DNA of 64,000 bases from an uncultured Nitrososphaeraceae archaeon (GCA_963765895.1 CAVXZB010000024.1:64001-128000); one strand, 5' to 3'; shown: positions 10,155-22,290, numbered from the stretch's first letter. Numbers and translations are program-made. The notes: generated by a model from the letters alone, not told the origin.

Positions 10155-10760
10155 ATGGTAATTAATGAGGATGAGCAGGAAGATGAATTTAATAACAAGA
10201 TAGACTCGACTGATCTTGACAAGACCAAAGCATTAGAACAGGAACTGGCCGAGGTAAAAGAAATGTTGTCTACTACAAAAGAGCTAGCTGACAGCAATCT
10301 CAATAAACTAAAGTATATGGCCGCAGATTTCGACAACTATCGAAAACAGATTGAAAGACAGATGAATTCCAAGATAGAATCGAGCAGAGGCGAGCTTCTA
10401 TCTAAATTTTTGAATGTTTACGATGATTTCACAAGGGCCCTAGAGATGGCAGAGCAAAGCAAGTCCGATTCCTTGGTGATAGAAGGCCTACAAGGTATCA
10501 AAAAGAACCTAGAACATTTGCTAGAATCAGAACAAGTCAGAGAGATCGAAGCCATCGGCACCCCATTTGATCCAAATATTCATGATGCTATAAGCTTCTC
10601 TTATCGCGACGATTTGCCAGAGAGTACAGTCACCAAAGAAATAAGGAAGGGATACATGCTAAATGACAAAATTCTGAGACCAAGTCTGGTCGAAGTCTCC
10701 AAAAAGATAATTAAAAATATCGATAATGATAGAGAGAACATGGAAAAGGAATCTGAATAA
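10155..10760 (+). CDS. grpE: Nucleotide exchange factor GrpE
   Basis: ADFDNYRK, FDPNIHDA and KGYMLNDKILRPSLV; upstream of dnaK. Confidence 0.95.
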   Translation: MVINEDEQEDEFNNKIDSTDLDKTKALEQELAEVKEMLSTTKELADSNLNKLKYMAADFDNYRKQIERQMNSKIESSRGELLSKFLNVYDDFTRALEMAEQSKSDSLVIEGLQGIKKNLEHLLESEQVREIEAIGTPFDPNIHDAISFSYRDDLPESTVTKEIRKGYMLNDKILRPSLVEVSKKIIKNIDNDRENMEKESE

Positions 10761-10765
10761 TAAAT

Positions 10766-12642
10766 ATGGCAAAAATAATAGGAATTGATCTAGGAACAAG
10801 TAATTCAGCAGCTGGCAGCAATGATTGGTGGCAAACCCTCAATTATACAAGCGGCTGAAGGTACTTCCATCGGTGGAAAGGCATTTCCATCAGTTGTTGC
10901 GTTCACCCGAGATGGCCAATTGATAGTAGGCGAACCCGCAAGAAGACAAATGGTTTCAAATGCAGAAGGGACAATTGTTGGCGCAAAACGCAAAATGGGT
11001 ACTGAATTCAAATTCAGCGTATTTGGAAAGCAATATACTCCTCAGCAGATCTCTGCATTTATATTACAAAAAATTAAAAAGGACGCCGAAGCTTTTCTGG
11101 GCGAGACTGTAGATAAAGCTGTTATTACTGTCCCAGCATACTTTAATGACAACCAGAGACAAGCAACTAAGGATGCAGGAGAAATCGCCGGATTGCAGGT
11201 TGTTAGAATCATTAATGAACCAACAGCTGCCTCTCTAGCCTTTGGTCTTGATAAAGTTCAGAAGGATTTGAAAATTGTCGTCTTCGATCTGGGCGGAGGC
11301 ACACTAGATGTCACAGTAATGGAAATGGGAGGTGGTGTGTTTCAGGTCAAGAGTACATCGGGCGATACTCAGTTGGGTGGTACCGATATGGATAACTCAC
11401 TGGTAGAATTTGTACTTGATGAGTTTAAAAAACAGTCTGGGTTAGATATTAGAAACGATAAGGCAGCGATGATGAGAGTTCGTGAGGCAGCCGAGAAGGC
11501 TAAGATAGAACTTTCGAATGTTGTTACAACTGAAATTAATTTACCATTTCTCGCATACGATCCTGCCACAGGTCCCAAGAATCTAGTGCTTCCGATAACG
11601 AGGGCTAAGCTAGAAGAACTTATGCGTCCTATAATTGAACGATGTAGGGGTCCAATGCTTCAGGCTCTACAGGACGCAAAGTTAACTCCACCAGATATTG
11701 ATAAGATTATACTAGTGGGGGGTCCAACCAGAATGCCCATAGTTAGACAATTTATTTCAACAGTTATGAGCAAAGAGCCCGAAGGGGGAATTGATCCTAT
11801 GGAAGCGGTCGCAATGGGCGCAGCAATTCAGGCAGCAATCATAGCGGGAGATGTCTCTACAGATATTCTTCTGGTTGATGTCACTCCTTTGACACTCGGT
11901 GTTGAAGTTCTGAATGGATTAAAGGAGCCATTAATTGACCGTAATACCACTATTCCAACAAAGAAAAGCAAAGTCTTTACGACTGCTGCCGACTATCAGA
12001 CCGCAGTTACTATCCATGTTGTACAGGGAGAACGTGCTATGGCGTCAGATTGTGTTTCTTTGGGCATGTTTAACCTTTCTGGCCTTCCGCCAGCTCCTAG
12101 AGGAGTACCTCAGATTGAGGTTGCCTTTGACATAGACGCAAATGGAATTCTCAATGTTACGGCAAAAGACCTCGCAACTGCCAAAGAGGCAAAAATTACA
12201 ATTACAGCTAACAGTAAACTTGGAAAGGATGAAATAGAAAAGCTGAAGAATGAAGCGGATCAGTTTGCAGAGGCAGATAAAAAGAAGAAAGAAGAGGCCG
12301 AAGTGAAAAATGAGGCTGATAACTTGGTATACGCAGCCGAAAAGTTAGTAAAGCAAGATCTAAAAGATAAGATAAAACCAGAGCAGAGTGAAAAAATCAA
12401 TAAAGCGGCATCAGAGCTCAAGGATGCTATAACGTCGAATAACTTGGACAATATTAAGACAAAGATCCAAGACATTAAAAATATTCTTGCTGAAGTGAGC
12501 ACAGAAGTATATAAGTCAGCCGGAGCTTGCTGCGGCTGCGGCTCCTGGCCAGACAGGACCTACAGAAGATCAACAGGCAACTGCAGGATATACTGATGCA
12601 GGTGGTGGCGGCAATCCCACGGGAACGCCGCCCCCATCATAA
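10766..12642 (+). CDS. dnaK: Chaperone DnaK (Hsp70), with apparent +1 indels near 10813 and 12527
   Basis: The ATG at 10766 gives [14 protein letters not shown]. The core has [24 protein letters not shown] and GVPQIEV. The alternative frame after 12527 gives an Ala/Gly/Pro-rich tail ending TAA at 12640-12642. Confidence 0.97.
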
Positions 12643-12684
12643 TTTGTTTATGATTGGATCGAGAAAAATAAAGGGTTTTAGAAG

Positions 12685-13812
12685 ATGAGTAACAAAAGGG
12701 ACTACTACGAGGTCCTTGGTGTCCCAAAAAATGCAAGTAAAGATGATATCAAGAATCTGTATAGAAAGCTTGCGCTTCAGTATCATCCAGACAGAAATAA
12801 GTCGAAGGGCGCCGAAGAGAAATTTAAAGAAATCTCAGAAGCCTATGCTGTATTATCCGACGACGAAAAACGGAAAAGGTACGATACATACGGTCATTTA
12901 GGAAGCGAGGAAGTATTTAGAGGGTCTGAAGCGAATTTCGATGAAATATTTAAAGATATAGGCTTTGGGGGCGTTAGAGATATATTCGAACAGTTTTTTG
13001 GGGGCAGAGAAGGGGGCTTTACGGATCCATTTAACTTTGGATTCCGTTTCGGCGGCGGTGGAAGGAGAAGAGGTCAGGATCTTGTATATGACGCCGAACT
13101 GTCATTAGAAGATGTACTTAGAGGGAAAAGAGAGGAAATCGAACTACCAAAGCTTGAAAAGTGCAGAAATTGTGCCGGAACTGGAGTCGCACCTGGAAGT
13201 AAGCCAAGAAAATGTAATGTTTGCGATGGTCAGGGACAGATGAGGCGAGTTTATAGTCAAAATCGATATTCTACATTTGTATCTCTGGAGCCATGTCAGA
13301 CATGTCGTGGACAAGGAGAAATAATTGACCGTCCATGCGAAACCTGTAGTGGAGCAGGCAGCGTCAGAAATTACAAGAAAATCAATATAGAAATTCCTAA
13401 AGGTGTCGAAGACGGTATGGCATTACAACTGCGCGGAGAAGGAGAGCCTGCTGAAAATGGCCAGCCTGGAGATTTATTGATACGAATCCATGTCAAACCT
13501 CATTCGATATTCGAGAGATTATCCGACGGACATATCCTATATAATCTTGACACTAGCTTCACCGACTTGGCTCTCGGAACGGAAAGAAGAGTCCCTACCC
13601 TCGAAGGTGACGAAAAGGTAAAGATTATAGCGGGTAGTCAGCCGAATAGCATTCTTAAACTTAAGGGTAAAGGTCTACCACGCTATGGTGGTTTCGGAAA
13701 AGGAGATGAGGTGGTTAGATTGAACATCACGGTTCCTACGCAACTTAACGATACCCAAAAGGCTCTACTCAGACAATTAGATAAGGAATTTAAAAGTGCT
13801 GTCGGCAAATAG
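12685..13812 (+). CDS. dnaJ: Chaperone DnaJ
   Basis: J domain with HPD, G/F-rich region and four CxxCxGxG repeats. Confidence 0.97.
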   Translation: MSNKRDYYEVLGVPKNASKDDIKNLYRKLALQYHPDRNKSKGAEEKFKEISEAYAVLSDDEKRKRYDTYGHLGSEEVFRGSEANFDEIFKDIGFGGVRDIFEQFFGGREGGFTDPFNFGFRFGGGGRRRGQDLVYDAELSLEDVLRGKREEIELPKLEKCRNCAGTGVAPGSKPRKCNVCDGQGQMRRVYSQNRYSTFVSLEPCQTCRGQGEIIDRPCETCSGAGSVRNYKKINIEIPKGVEDGMALQLRGEGEPAENGQPGDLLIRIHVKPHSIFERLSDGHILYNLDTSFTDLALGTERRVPTLEGDEKVKIIAGSQPNSILKLKGKGLPRYGGFGKGDEVVRLNITVPTQLNDTQKALLRQLDKEFKSAVGK

Positions 13813-13865
13813 ATCTAATACGCCGAGATAGAATTGTCTAAATCAACCATACTATAGAGAAAATA

Positions 13866-14816
13866 ATGCTTTCAATTATTACGGAAGAACTATCGAAAAT
13901 ATATAAGGGCTCAAAAGTCGCAGCATTAGATAGCATTTCGCTTACTGTTAGGTCCAGGCAAGTCTTTACGCTTCTTGGAAGAAATGGAGCTGGAAAGACA
14001 ACGTTTGTTCGTATATGCGCTACACAAATGATGCCCACCTCAGGAAAAGTGAATGTCCTTGGATATGATGTTATAACTGAACCTAGAAAAGTCAGGGATC
14101 TCATCTCCATTGTTCCGCAAGAAGGACGACCATTGAGAGCACTTACGCCGTGGGATCATGTCTTTAATTGGTTACAAATCCGAGGACAGAATAGAACCGA
14201 TGCGAAGATCAATACAAAAATTATTTTAGAAAACCTGGAGCTCTATGACGTCAAGGATAGACCTGCAATGAATTTGTCTGGCGGAATGAAGCAAAAGATC
14301 CTTGTGGCCATGGCTATGGCCACGGATGCACAATTGCTATTCTTAGATGAACCAACTATTGGATTAGATCCGATATCGCGACGTCAGGTATGGGCTGCAA
14401 TAAAAAAATGGAAGGCACAAGGCAAGTCAATTTTGCTAACGACACACTATATGGATGAAGCAGAGATGCTTTCAGACAGGATTGCCATTATAGATCGTGG
14501 CCGTTTGCTAGCAGGAGGAAGCATGAATGATCTCCGGAAAATCATACCTCAGAAAATCAGAATAGACATCATGAAGGATATGGTCGACCCTGATATGTTA
14601 CGACCTTTTGGATCGGTAATAGATACTGGGGCTAACACAATACGAGTATTTGCCTTTGAGTCAGCTGCCAAAGAGCTGTCTGAATTCGCGTTGAGAAAAA
14701 ACATCGCATTCACAGTATCTCCTGTAACTTTGGATGACGTCTTTGTATCATTAGTGGCAGACGGCAATATGCAAAATGGACTTGTAAGAGACGATGGAAT
14801 CGAACATTTTGAATAG
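13866..14816 (+). CDS. ABC transporter ATP-binding protein (DrrA/ABC-2 exporter type)
   Basis: GRNGAGKTT, LSGGMKQK, LFLDEPT and LLTTHYMDEAE; no permease adjacent. Confidence 0.9.
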   Translation: MLSIITEELSKIYKGSKVAALDSISLTVRSRQVFTLLGRNGAGKTTFVRICATQMMPTSGKVNVLGYDVITEPRKVRDLISIVPQEGRPLRALTPWDHVFNWLQIRGQNRTDAKINTKIILENLELYDVKDRPAMNLSGGMKQKILVAMAMATDAQLLFLDEPTIGLDPISRRQVWAAIKKWKAQGKSILLTTHYMDEAEMLSDRIAIIDRGRLLAGGSMNDLRKIIPQKIRIDIMKDMVDPDMLRPFGSVIDTGANTIRVFAFESAAKELSEFALRKNIAFTVSPVTLDDVFVSLVADGNMQNGLVRDDGIEHFE

Positions 14817-14994
14817 GTCAATTGTCCTATAGCAAAGATGTGTCCGGCGAAGGCACAGCGCAGCAAGTGGTCGAAATGATGAAATCTATCTACTGGCATA
14901 GTGGTCTATTTTGATCGAGCAAATCAAAGTTTCTAGATTACCACAAACAAATTTATTTATACTCACGTGCCACTACGTATGAGTATGTATTGAT

Positions 14995-15309
14995 ATGGTA
15001 GGTAAAACGAAACTTACTTTGAGTATTAATAAAAAAGTTCGCGATGATGCGCAGGCAGTTGTTGACGAACGAAATCTTACACTCTCGCGACTGGTGGAAA
15101 ACTTTTTGAAGTTCATAATTAAACCCAATATCTGGTGTTTTAAATGCGGTGAAAAATTCTGCATTCAAGACGTTGCTAAATGTCCCAAATGCAGTTATTT
15201 AATATGCAGCCTCTGTTCATGTAGATGTGTGCTATCAGATGAAACCGCAGTGGCTGTTTTTCATACTAATAAAATATATCAACAGCTACTAGGTGGTTAT
15301 TGGCAATAG
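14995..15309 (+). CDS. Ribbon-helix-helix plus Cys-rich Zn-finger protein
   Basis: KTKLTLSI...LSRLVENFL (RHH-like) followed by CFKC...CPKC...CSLCSC; directly upstream of queE. Confidence 0.7.
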   Translation: MVGKTKLTLSINKKVRDDAQAVVDERNLTLSRLVENFLKFIIKPNIWCFKCGEKFCIQDVAKCPKCSYLICSLCSCRCVLSDETAVAVFHTNKIYQQLLGGYWQ

Positions 15310-16046
15310 TAGCCATAAAGAATGTTTTCAAAAAGCAAGAAAAAATGACTGATTTTCCAATTCTTAAGATAAGCGAGATCTTTTACTCTCTGCAAGGAGA
15401 AGGTATCAATACTGGAAAACCAGCGGTTTTTCTGCGCACGTCACATTGTAATTTGGCATGTTCTTGGTGCGATACAAAATATACTTGGGATTGGGCCAAC
15501 TATGACTACACTGTCGAGGTCAAAGAGATGAATGTAAAGGCCTTGATAAATTCTATATCAAAATACCAATCGAAACATCTGGTTATAACAGGGGGTGAAC
15601 CAATGATCCAACAGAGGCAATTATTGCCCTTCATTAGGGAGATTAAAGAATTGGGCTACTTCATCGAAATTGAGACAAATTGCACCATTTTACCAGAAGA
15701 AAATTTCGATCAACTGATTGACCAATGGAATGTCTCACCTAAACTAGCTAGTTCCATGAATGATAAGAGATCAAGGGAGATCGAAAGTTGCTATTTCTTT
15801 TTTAGTAATCATTCGAAATGTTATTTCAAGTATATCATAAACGATTCCGATGATCTTCGTGAGCTTCAAGATCTTGTAGAAAGATACCGAATACCTGCAG
15901 ATAAGATAATTCTAGTTCCACAGGGAAATAATAGGAATGATATTATAGCCCGAGGCATATGGCTATCAGAAATATGCAAAAAAAAGGGATATATTCTATC
16001 TCTGCGTTTGCAAATTTTACTTTGGTCCAATCAAAGGGGATTTTAA
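15300..16046 (+). CDS. queE: 7-carboxy-7-deazaguanine synthase (radical SAM); true start may be the ATG at 15345
   Basis: ISEIFYSLQGEG, VFLR...CNLACSWCDTKY, VITGGEP, EIETN and VSPK. Confidence 0.93.
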   Translation: MAIVAIKNVFKKQEKMTDFPILKISEIFYSLQGEGINTGKPAVFLRTSHCNLACSWCDTKYTWDWANYDYTVEVKEMNVKALINSISKYQSKHLVITGGEPMIQQRQLLPFIREIKELGYFIEIETNCTILPEENFDQLIDQWNVSPKLASSMNDKRSREIESCYFFFSNHSKCYFKYIINDSDDLRELQDLVERYRIPADKIILVPQGNNRNDIIARGIWLSEICKKKGYILSLRLQILLWSNQRGF

Positions 16047-16726
16047 TCAAAGATCTATATTGATGTCGATGTTGCTATTGTATGTTGATTTGGCAGGAGA
16101 CATCTACAAATAATCGCTATTCTAATCATTACTGGTCCATGGGTCGACCTATCAACATGGTTTCATTTTTTATACCAGGCCTCTATTGCTAACGCGAATA
16201 CTATTCTATTAACAATCCGTTACCATAAAAAGCGTTTGCTAATCAGGCATAAAGCTGATTTGCTGCGAATTGTGGAATTTAGCTCAACTTGAAAATTGAT
16301 ATAATCTAGGTGAATTAACGAATGTATATTAAAAGCTAGAAACACGGAGCCATATATATGATCGTTATTCCAGTGTCGACAACATCGGTGAAGTTAATGA
16401 GAATTTTACAGAATAATATTTTTACATTATGCCGTCAGGTAACGTATATTGGCCGCAGCATGGCATATTGTTATTGATGCAAATTTCAAGCTTGCTATAA
16501 CTTCAACTAGCATATTGTCTCATCATTTCGTTCTCTTTCTATTTCAGTTGGGTATTTACACAATACCATCTAGATTATCCAGAGTCTAAGAAAGTTCAGT
16601 ATTATTTCGCCATTTAGCCTATACTTCTAAAGGTAAACTGTTTCGTTGTTACAATCAGTTACATGCGAGAAAATAGGTAATTGTTTATAACTGATCTCAG
16701 TTCTATAAAAAAATGAATAGTGCTGC

Positions 16727-17187
16727 CTACTTTGTACTACTAGTGTTGGTGTTTGAAAGGCCTGGAAGAGTTGAGCCTGCAGTCGACGTCGGGAGTCCAA
16801 CTGTCTGATCATAGCACTCTCTGACCTTCTTGCTGCTTAGACCGCCGGGCCCTTTATTTGCATCACTGATGCAACTAGAAATCTCCTTTATCTGCTTCTT
16901 ACTTAGTTGGTTATCATTAGATGATGTGCTGCCGCTGCCACTGCCGCTGCCGCTGCCGCTGCTGCTGCCACTGCCACTGCTGCTGCCGCTGCCGCTGCCA
17001 CTGCCGCTGCCGCTGCCGCTGCCACTGCCGCTGCCGCTGCCTCGCTGCCCTTATCACTTTTGCTCTTTCCATCGTCATTATTATCCGTCTTCGCTGCAAT
17101 TGCTAAATTGGTCAAACTAGCCGCGGCGATTAGAGCCACACTCATTGCCACAATACCAAAGATCAACAAACTTGTTTTCGTAGACAT
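16727..17187 (-). CDS. Secreted low-complexity protein with a (Gly-Ser)n linker; apparent -1 indel near 17041
   Basis: Signal peptide MSTKTSLLIFGIVAMSVALIAAASL. The corrected frame reads (GS)n then STSSNDNQLSKKQIKEISSCISDANKGPGGLSSKKVRECYDQTVGLP...TK*. Confidence 0.7.
16928..17040 (-). repeat. Hexanucleotide microsatellite (GGCAGC/GGCAGT)n encoding Gly-Ser
   Basis: Direct inspection: gctgccgctgccactgcc... over about 110 bp. Confidence 0.9.
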
Positions 17188-17320
17188 TTGAGCTCATGCA
17201 GCAACAAGTAATTATAATTATTAAATTGTCAAACCATGTTTAGTATCTTGTCTTAATTTATTGATTTCGAATTAGTCTGCCAAGGAACTTGAACTGCGCG
17301 CAGTTTAATCCATCCGAGGA

Positions 17321-17977
17321 CTAACTACACCAATCATGTAACTGAATAGAAGCCGACTGAGTATCTTTAAGAATTCTACTCTTGTCAATCTTTCCTTCAA
17401 AGTCTCTTGGCACTAACGGACTATTATTCAATACAACTAATGATTGTACACCCGCGGCATTTGCTGCGTCTACACCCAACGGAGCATTTTCAATCACTAT
17501 TGCCTGTCCCTTGTCCACATTCATATTTCGTAGCGCTGTTATGAAAGCCAATGGGTCAGGTTTACCTACACTAATATCGTCTGCAGTGATAATAACATCA
17601 AATTCAATATTTTTGAACTGCTTTACAAGAGCGTCAACGTCTTCCTTATTAGATCCGCTAACAACAGATTTAAGACATTTTGATTCCTCTAGCAGTTCGT
17701 GAACTCCGATAAAGGGCTTCGGAAGATTTCTTGATTGGACTCTAAAAATTTCAGTCTTTCTATTATTTACTTGTTGAGCTAAACTGGTATCGTCAATATT
17801 GTTCAATTCTAATACCCTTTTTGCAAGATCTATTCCGCGCATGCCCTCTAATAGATATACCGTTCTTTCGTTCACATTAATACTAGCGATCTCTTTGAAG
17901 GCACTTTTCCAAGCTACGAAGTGTACAGGCATAGAATTGATTAATACACCGTCCAAATCAAAAATAATACCCCTCAT
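17321..17977 (-). CDS. HAD-superfamily phosphatase (beta-phosphoglucomutase-like)
   Basis: IIFDLDGVLINS, GKPDP and VIENAPLGVDAANAAG. Confidence 0.9.
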   Translation of the reverse strand: MRGIIFDLDGVLINSMPVHFVAWKSAFKEIASINVNERTVYLLEGMRGIDLAKRVLELNNIDDTSLAQQVNNRKTEIFRVQSRNLPKPFIGVHELLEESKCLKSVVSGSNKEDVDALVKQFKNIEFDVIITADDISVGKPDPLAFITALRNMNVDKGQAIVIENAPLGVDAANAAGVQSLVVLNNSPLVPRDFEGKIDKSRILKDTQSASIQLHDWCS

Positions 17978-18467
17978 ATTATATCTCTTCCTTAATTCAC
18001 CTATGTATCTTATTAATTGTGAGATACAAACTCGACTTACAGTAATTTACTTATTCAGCTTAAGATCACATAAATAGGTAATTTACTCTGTCTCTTAATA
18101 GTTAGAATTATAACAACTTTAGTCATTCTAAGCAATATAGCCTTTGCAATCTTTTTTGCATTGTCTCACAGACTCACGTGCACCTATATTTGATATCTGG
18201 TATCGAATATATTATTAGAACACCAGGCGAGACTAGGATTTCAAGTCTATTCAATCAGTAAGGCAGCTAATTTAAATTATTTCTATACTGACAACTATTT
18301 TCCTAATATTAGAAAAATCTCCTCGAACGCCACTACCCTGTACCGCCGAGGTTAGGTTCGGACAAACGTTATCAATGTACAGAAGTGCCTATTCAACCAA
18401 TTATTCTTAATATCTATGAAATACAAGAAAATAGGTTTAAAACCATAATCTGATATTGATATATTTT

Positions 18468-19850
18468 TTATTTAAATCGCGATTGGATGGGACTAATGCT
18501 TATATTCCTACGAAATTGCCTGGCCATTTTCGAGACATTAGAGATTATTTTGGATGAAGCGGCAAGGTGATCGTGAGGATTAAATATTGTCGCTAGTTCC
18601 TTCTCGCTGAGTACTTTAGATAGCTTTGGATCGTGTCTAATGGCATCAAAAAAATTCAAACCGGTTGAGGAGAAGGCTATTCTCTGTATGTCTCTATATG
18701 CTTCGAATCTAGGCACACCTTTCTTTATTAATTCATCGAGTACAAATTCTGCATATATATTCCCATTAGTTATTTTTAAATTGGCCGCAATTTTTTCCCT
18801 ATATATTCTTAGTTCAGAAATTACCTTAGTCATCAAATTAAGCATCTCATCTAATAATATAGGTGCCATCGGAATAGTAAACCTCTCGTTTGCAGAGTTT
18901 GTCAGATCTCTTTCATGCCATAAAGGAATATTTTCCATAGAGACTATTACGAGTGGTCTGAGTAGGCGAGCAAGCGATGAAACCCTCTCGCTCTTAATGG
19001 GGTTTCGCTTGACAGGAACTGCGCTACTTCCCATCTGCCCACTTCTAAATGGCTCTGCTAACTCGCCTATTTCAGTTCTCTGCAAGTTCCTAATCTCAGT
19101 TGCAATCTTGTCTAGCGTGCAGCCAATAAGTGCAATGATGAATTGCATCTCGGCAAATCTTTCTCGTGAAATAACTTGGGTGCTAGCATCAATCGGATAG
19201 AGGTGCAGATTGAGTGATACTAATCTTTGTACTTCAAGTGCGCGATTTCCCATTAATGATCCTGTCCCTACTACCCCTAAGGTTTTACATACCAAGAATC
19301 GCTTTTTTCCCTCCTCTATTCGTTCTAAGTGTTTTGTCATTTCAGAGGCCCACACTGCAAATTTAAGTCCGAAGGAAATAATACTAGCATGTTGGCCGTG
19401 GGTTCTACCTACGGCTGGCTGGGTATCAAATTCGTGAGCCTTATGTAACAACCTGTCAGTTAGAGTCAGGATTTTGGATTCTATGATCTTGAATGCATCA
19501 TGGAGTTGCATGGAGATAGTCGTGTCAACAACGTCACTACTAGTCAAACCGTAGTGCACCCACGGCCGCGTTTTTACGGAGCATTGCTCGCTTAAGGCTT
19601 CTATCAATGCGGCTGTATCATGTTCACTGATGGATTCTAATTCTCTTATCCTCTTTAAATTGACGAGATTAGACATCACTATCCTGTCAATTTCTTCGGC
19701 AGCCCTTTTAGGGATCATTCTAATCCGTGCCTGTGCTGCCGCAACTGAGGTCTCAAACTGGAGTTGATATTTTAACCTGGTATTTTCCTCAAAAATTTCT
19801 CTCATTTCAGTACTTCCATATCGTCCAGAATCAATGGGAAGAATTGGCAT
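18468..19850 (-). CDS. purB: Adenylosuccinate lyase
   Basis: VHYGLTSSD, GRTHGQHA, GSSAVPVKRNPIKSE and WHERDLTNS. Confidence 0.95.
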   Translation of the reverse strand: MPILPIDSGRYGSTEMREIFEENTRLKYQLQFETSVAAAQARIRMIPKRAAEEIDRIVMSNLVNLKRIRELESISEHDTAALIEALSEQCSVKTRPWVHYGLTSSDVVDTTISMQLHDAFKIIESKILTLTDRLLHKAHEFDTQPAVGRTHGQHASIISFGLKFAVWASEMTKHLERIEEGKKRFLVCKTLGVVGTGSLMGNRALEVQRLVSLNLHLYPIDASTQVISRERFAEMQFIIALIGCTLDKIATEIRNLQRTEIGELAEPFRSGQMGSSAVPVKRNPIKSERVSSLARLLRPLVIVSMENIPLWHERDLTNSANERFTIPMAPILLDEMLNLMTKVISELRIYREKIAANLKITNGNIYAEFVLDELIKKGVPRFEAYRDIQRIAFSSTGLNFFDAIRHDPKLSKVLSEKELATIFNPHDHLAASSKIISNVSKMARQFRRNISISPIQSRFK

Positions 19851-20424
19851 ATCCGCTTAGTTGATCTATAAAAGGAGATAAATACCCCACTATCGAAACT
19901 CTAGATGTTAAAGATAGATATAATCTAGCATTACCATTTTGGAGCTACTTGAACTAGCGGATGGATGCTTATGAGCGAGTTACTACAACTTTTTGTTGAA
20001 TGCACTCCATGATTGATCCTTCTCTACACACTTGAATCAAAGCAAATGGCGTTTATGACATCTAGATACAGGTAAAGGACCGAATTTAACTAAAAGTAAT
20101 AACAGTCAGACAGTCGGCTAAAATTTTCTTAATTGTAGGCCATTCCTAGATAACTAACTATTAACTAATCAAGCCACGCGACAGACTGCAGCTTTGCTCT
20201 GAAAATAGTTGAGATGTAGTTATACCAGTGTGACACAATATTAATTATACATACGTTGCTGACCATGAATATTGACTCTTCAAATAATAACAACTAGGAA
20301 AAGCTGAGTTGTCGATGTTTGCGCTATTAAACGAGTAGAGAATAAATGAATCATTTCTCTTTACCTTATCAAAAAACACGTTCGATAAAAACATTTTATT
20401 ATATGTGAATATTTACAAAATTCC

Positions 20425-20703
20425 GTGAATAACGTCAGAACTAGGGCAATTAAATTCCATGGGTTGGAGGTAAGAAATGCAATTGTTCACTACTTATCTA
20501 AGGGGATTAAGAAGCCTTTAAGGGAGAGGGTAGTAGAATTCAACGCAGCTAGGTCTGAGGTGTATTGCGAAGTGATAAATATTCAGATAGTGGCTGACTT
20601 CGTCACGATTACCTTTTATAAAGATGAAAAATCCAATCAAATGATTAGTAGGGAATTAATTCCATCTCGACTTATTCAATATATTTGGATCGAAGATTTA
20701 TAG
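20425..20703 (+). CDS. Hypothetical protein
   Basis: 92-aa ORF with a TATA box (ttttattatat) about 25 nt upstream; beta-rich sequence. Confidence 0.6.
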   Translation: MNNVRTRAIKFHGLEVRNAIVHYLSKGIKKPLRERVVEFNAARSEVYCEVINIQIVADFVTITFYKDEKSNQMISRELIPSRLIQYIWIEDL

Positions 20704-22290
20704 TGGTACTGCGCAATCAATTTGAACCGTAGTCAATACCATAGTCAGTATTACATCCAATATGGGATCTATATGGGATGTATCGCACCTTGGTAATAAC
20801 ACGATGTTCTACAACATTGCAAGGTAGACGTATATATCGTCATAAAACAGCTTAAACCATAAGAACTTATTTTGTCATAACCTCTACCTCTTGCAAAGCT
20901 ATTATCCAATATATACCGCGTCTAGATTGGTGAATAGTTAAAAAAGCCTGTCTATTGCAGGCGACGCATTATCCAGTCATTTATGCAGCAGGTCACAAGG
21001 TGGAACAATTAGTATGTAAGCTAAGTCACTAACCTAAATTATGTCACTCTTTGGATAGCCGCTAATAGTCCATATTTCGTTACTAAGCCAGTGGTGTATT
21101 TCCTTATAGGGATTTAGTTATCTGTCCTTTCTAGGTATCAAAGAAGGACATTATTAAATCAATAAATTACATTCTAGTGGATGAGTCCAGTAACTAACTA
21201 GTGTGTCTGCGCCATCTACAGGTACACACAGGCTGCTTCACCTTCTAAAGCCACTGAAAGGACAATAAATTAATCGCAGTCACTACTTCATAAAATTAGA
21301 TCACTCTTCACATGTTTACTTATTGTCATGATAATACGGTACTAACAGGCCCCTAAAGAGTAAAGATAAGAATGAATGCTATTGAGTGTAATTTGACTGA
21401 AATGCTACCCACTGTCATAATTGGCCAATGTATATTCGAAGTAGATTCGATGTGCCATTTATTCTGATTGCAGTCTTCAATCCGAAAATTCTGCTTCATA
21501 ACTTGTGAATGCTTCTGATTCTACTAGACTAAATAGTTCTATAACCAATTTTTTAGATGTCCATAATAACATAGAAGCATACATGACAACACATATTTCG
21601 ACTACTGCGACACTAAACAATTATCAGAATCGGATCTAGAATTAGACCAACTGTGCTAAACATGAAAAGAAGCTGGCAAAAAGGACAAACAAAGCCGAAT
21701 GTGTATCGCTTAGACACAAGGTTCCATCTTTATCTGTGATTCGTTTTATAATATCAAAATTCCTATTTTGTACATAGATTCTTAATTTAGTTTCCAGATT
21801 TCGAATATATTCCATTTACGCATTCAAATCGATTAATATCATTCTGTAAGGATAAAACATCATGCTCAAACAAACATATCAGGAACACAGATTCATATTG
21901 CTTAAATAAAAAGTACGTTGCGCCGCGCAATTGCAGTCTTATTGGATGTTTATTTGCAAAGTCTGAGGAATTACTCAAAGAATTCAGATGTATTATGAAC
22001 AGCAATAATCTTTCATCCATTAGCTATTGCTTCTGTCTGTCAAATGGAATAAGCATGCAAATAGTGAATCAACACAATGTGCACAAAAATAAGCAGAGAA
22101 GACAACCTAAGCGAAATTGTTTTTATTTTCAGTGTGAAATTTAGTACAAGGTTAGCGTGAATCCTAATATAAAATCCATCTATGCTGCTTAGTCCATAAG
22201 ATAAGCTAATTGAACGTATTTGTACTCACAAGAAACCAAATATAGAATAACTGATATATGGGCTAACCAGATCCTTATAGGAAAATATCA

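Noticed and set aside
16830-17120. Cys-rich metallothionein-like or RiPP precursor ORF (16921..17106) and the poly-LP and QR ORFs
   Set aside because: All are alternative frames of the (GGCAGC)n microsatellite; the signal-peptide-bearing minus-strand gene explains the region.
18640-19437. Long antisense ORFs inside purB (similar ones inside pheS/pheT, dnaK, the ABC ATPase, HAD and the PQQ dehydrogenase)
   Set aside because: Shadow ORFs on the opposite strand of well-supported genes.
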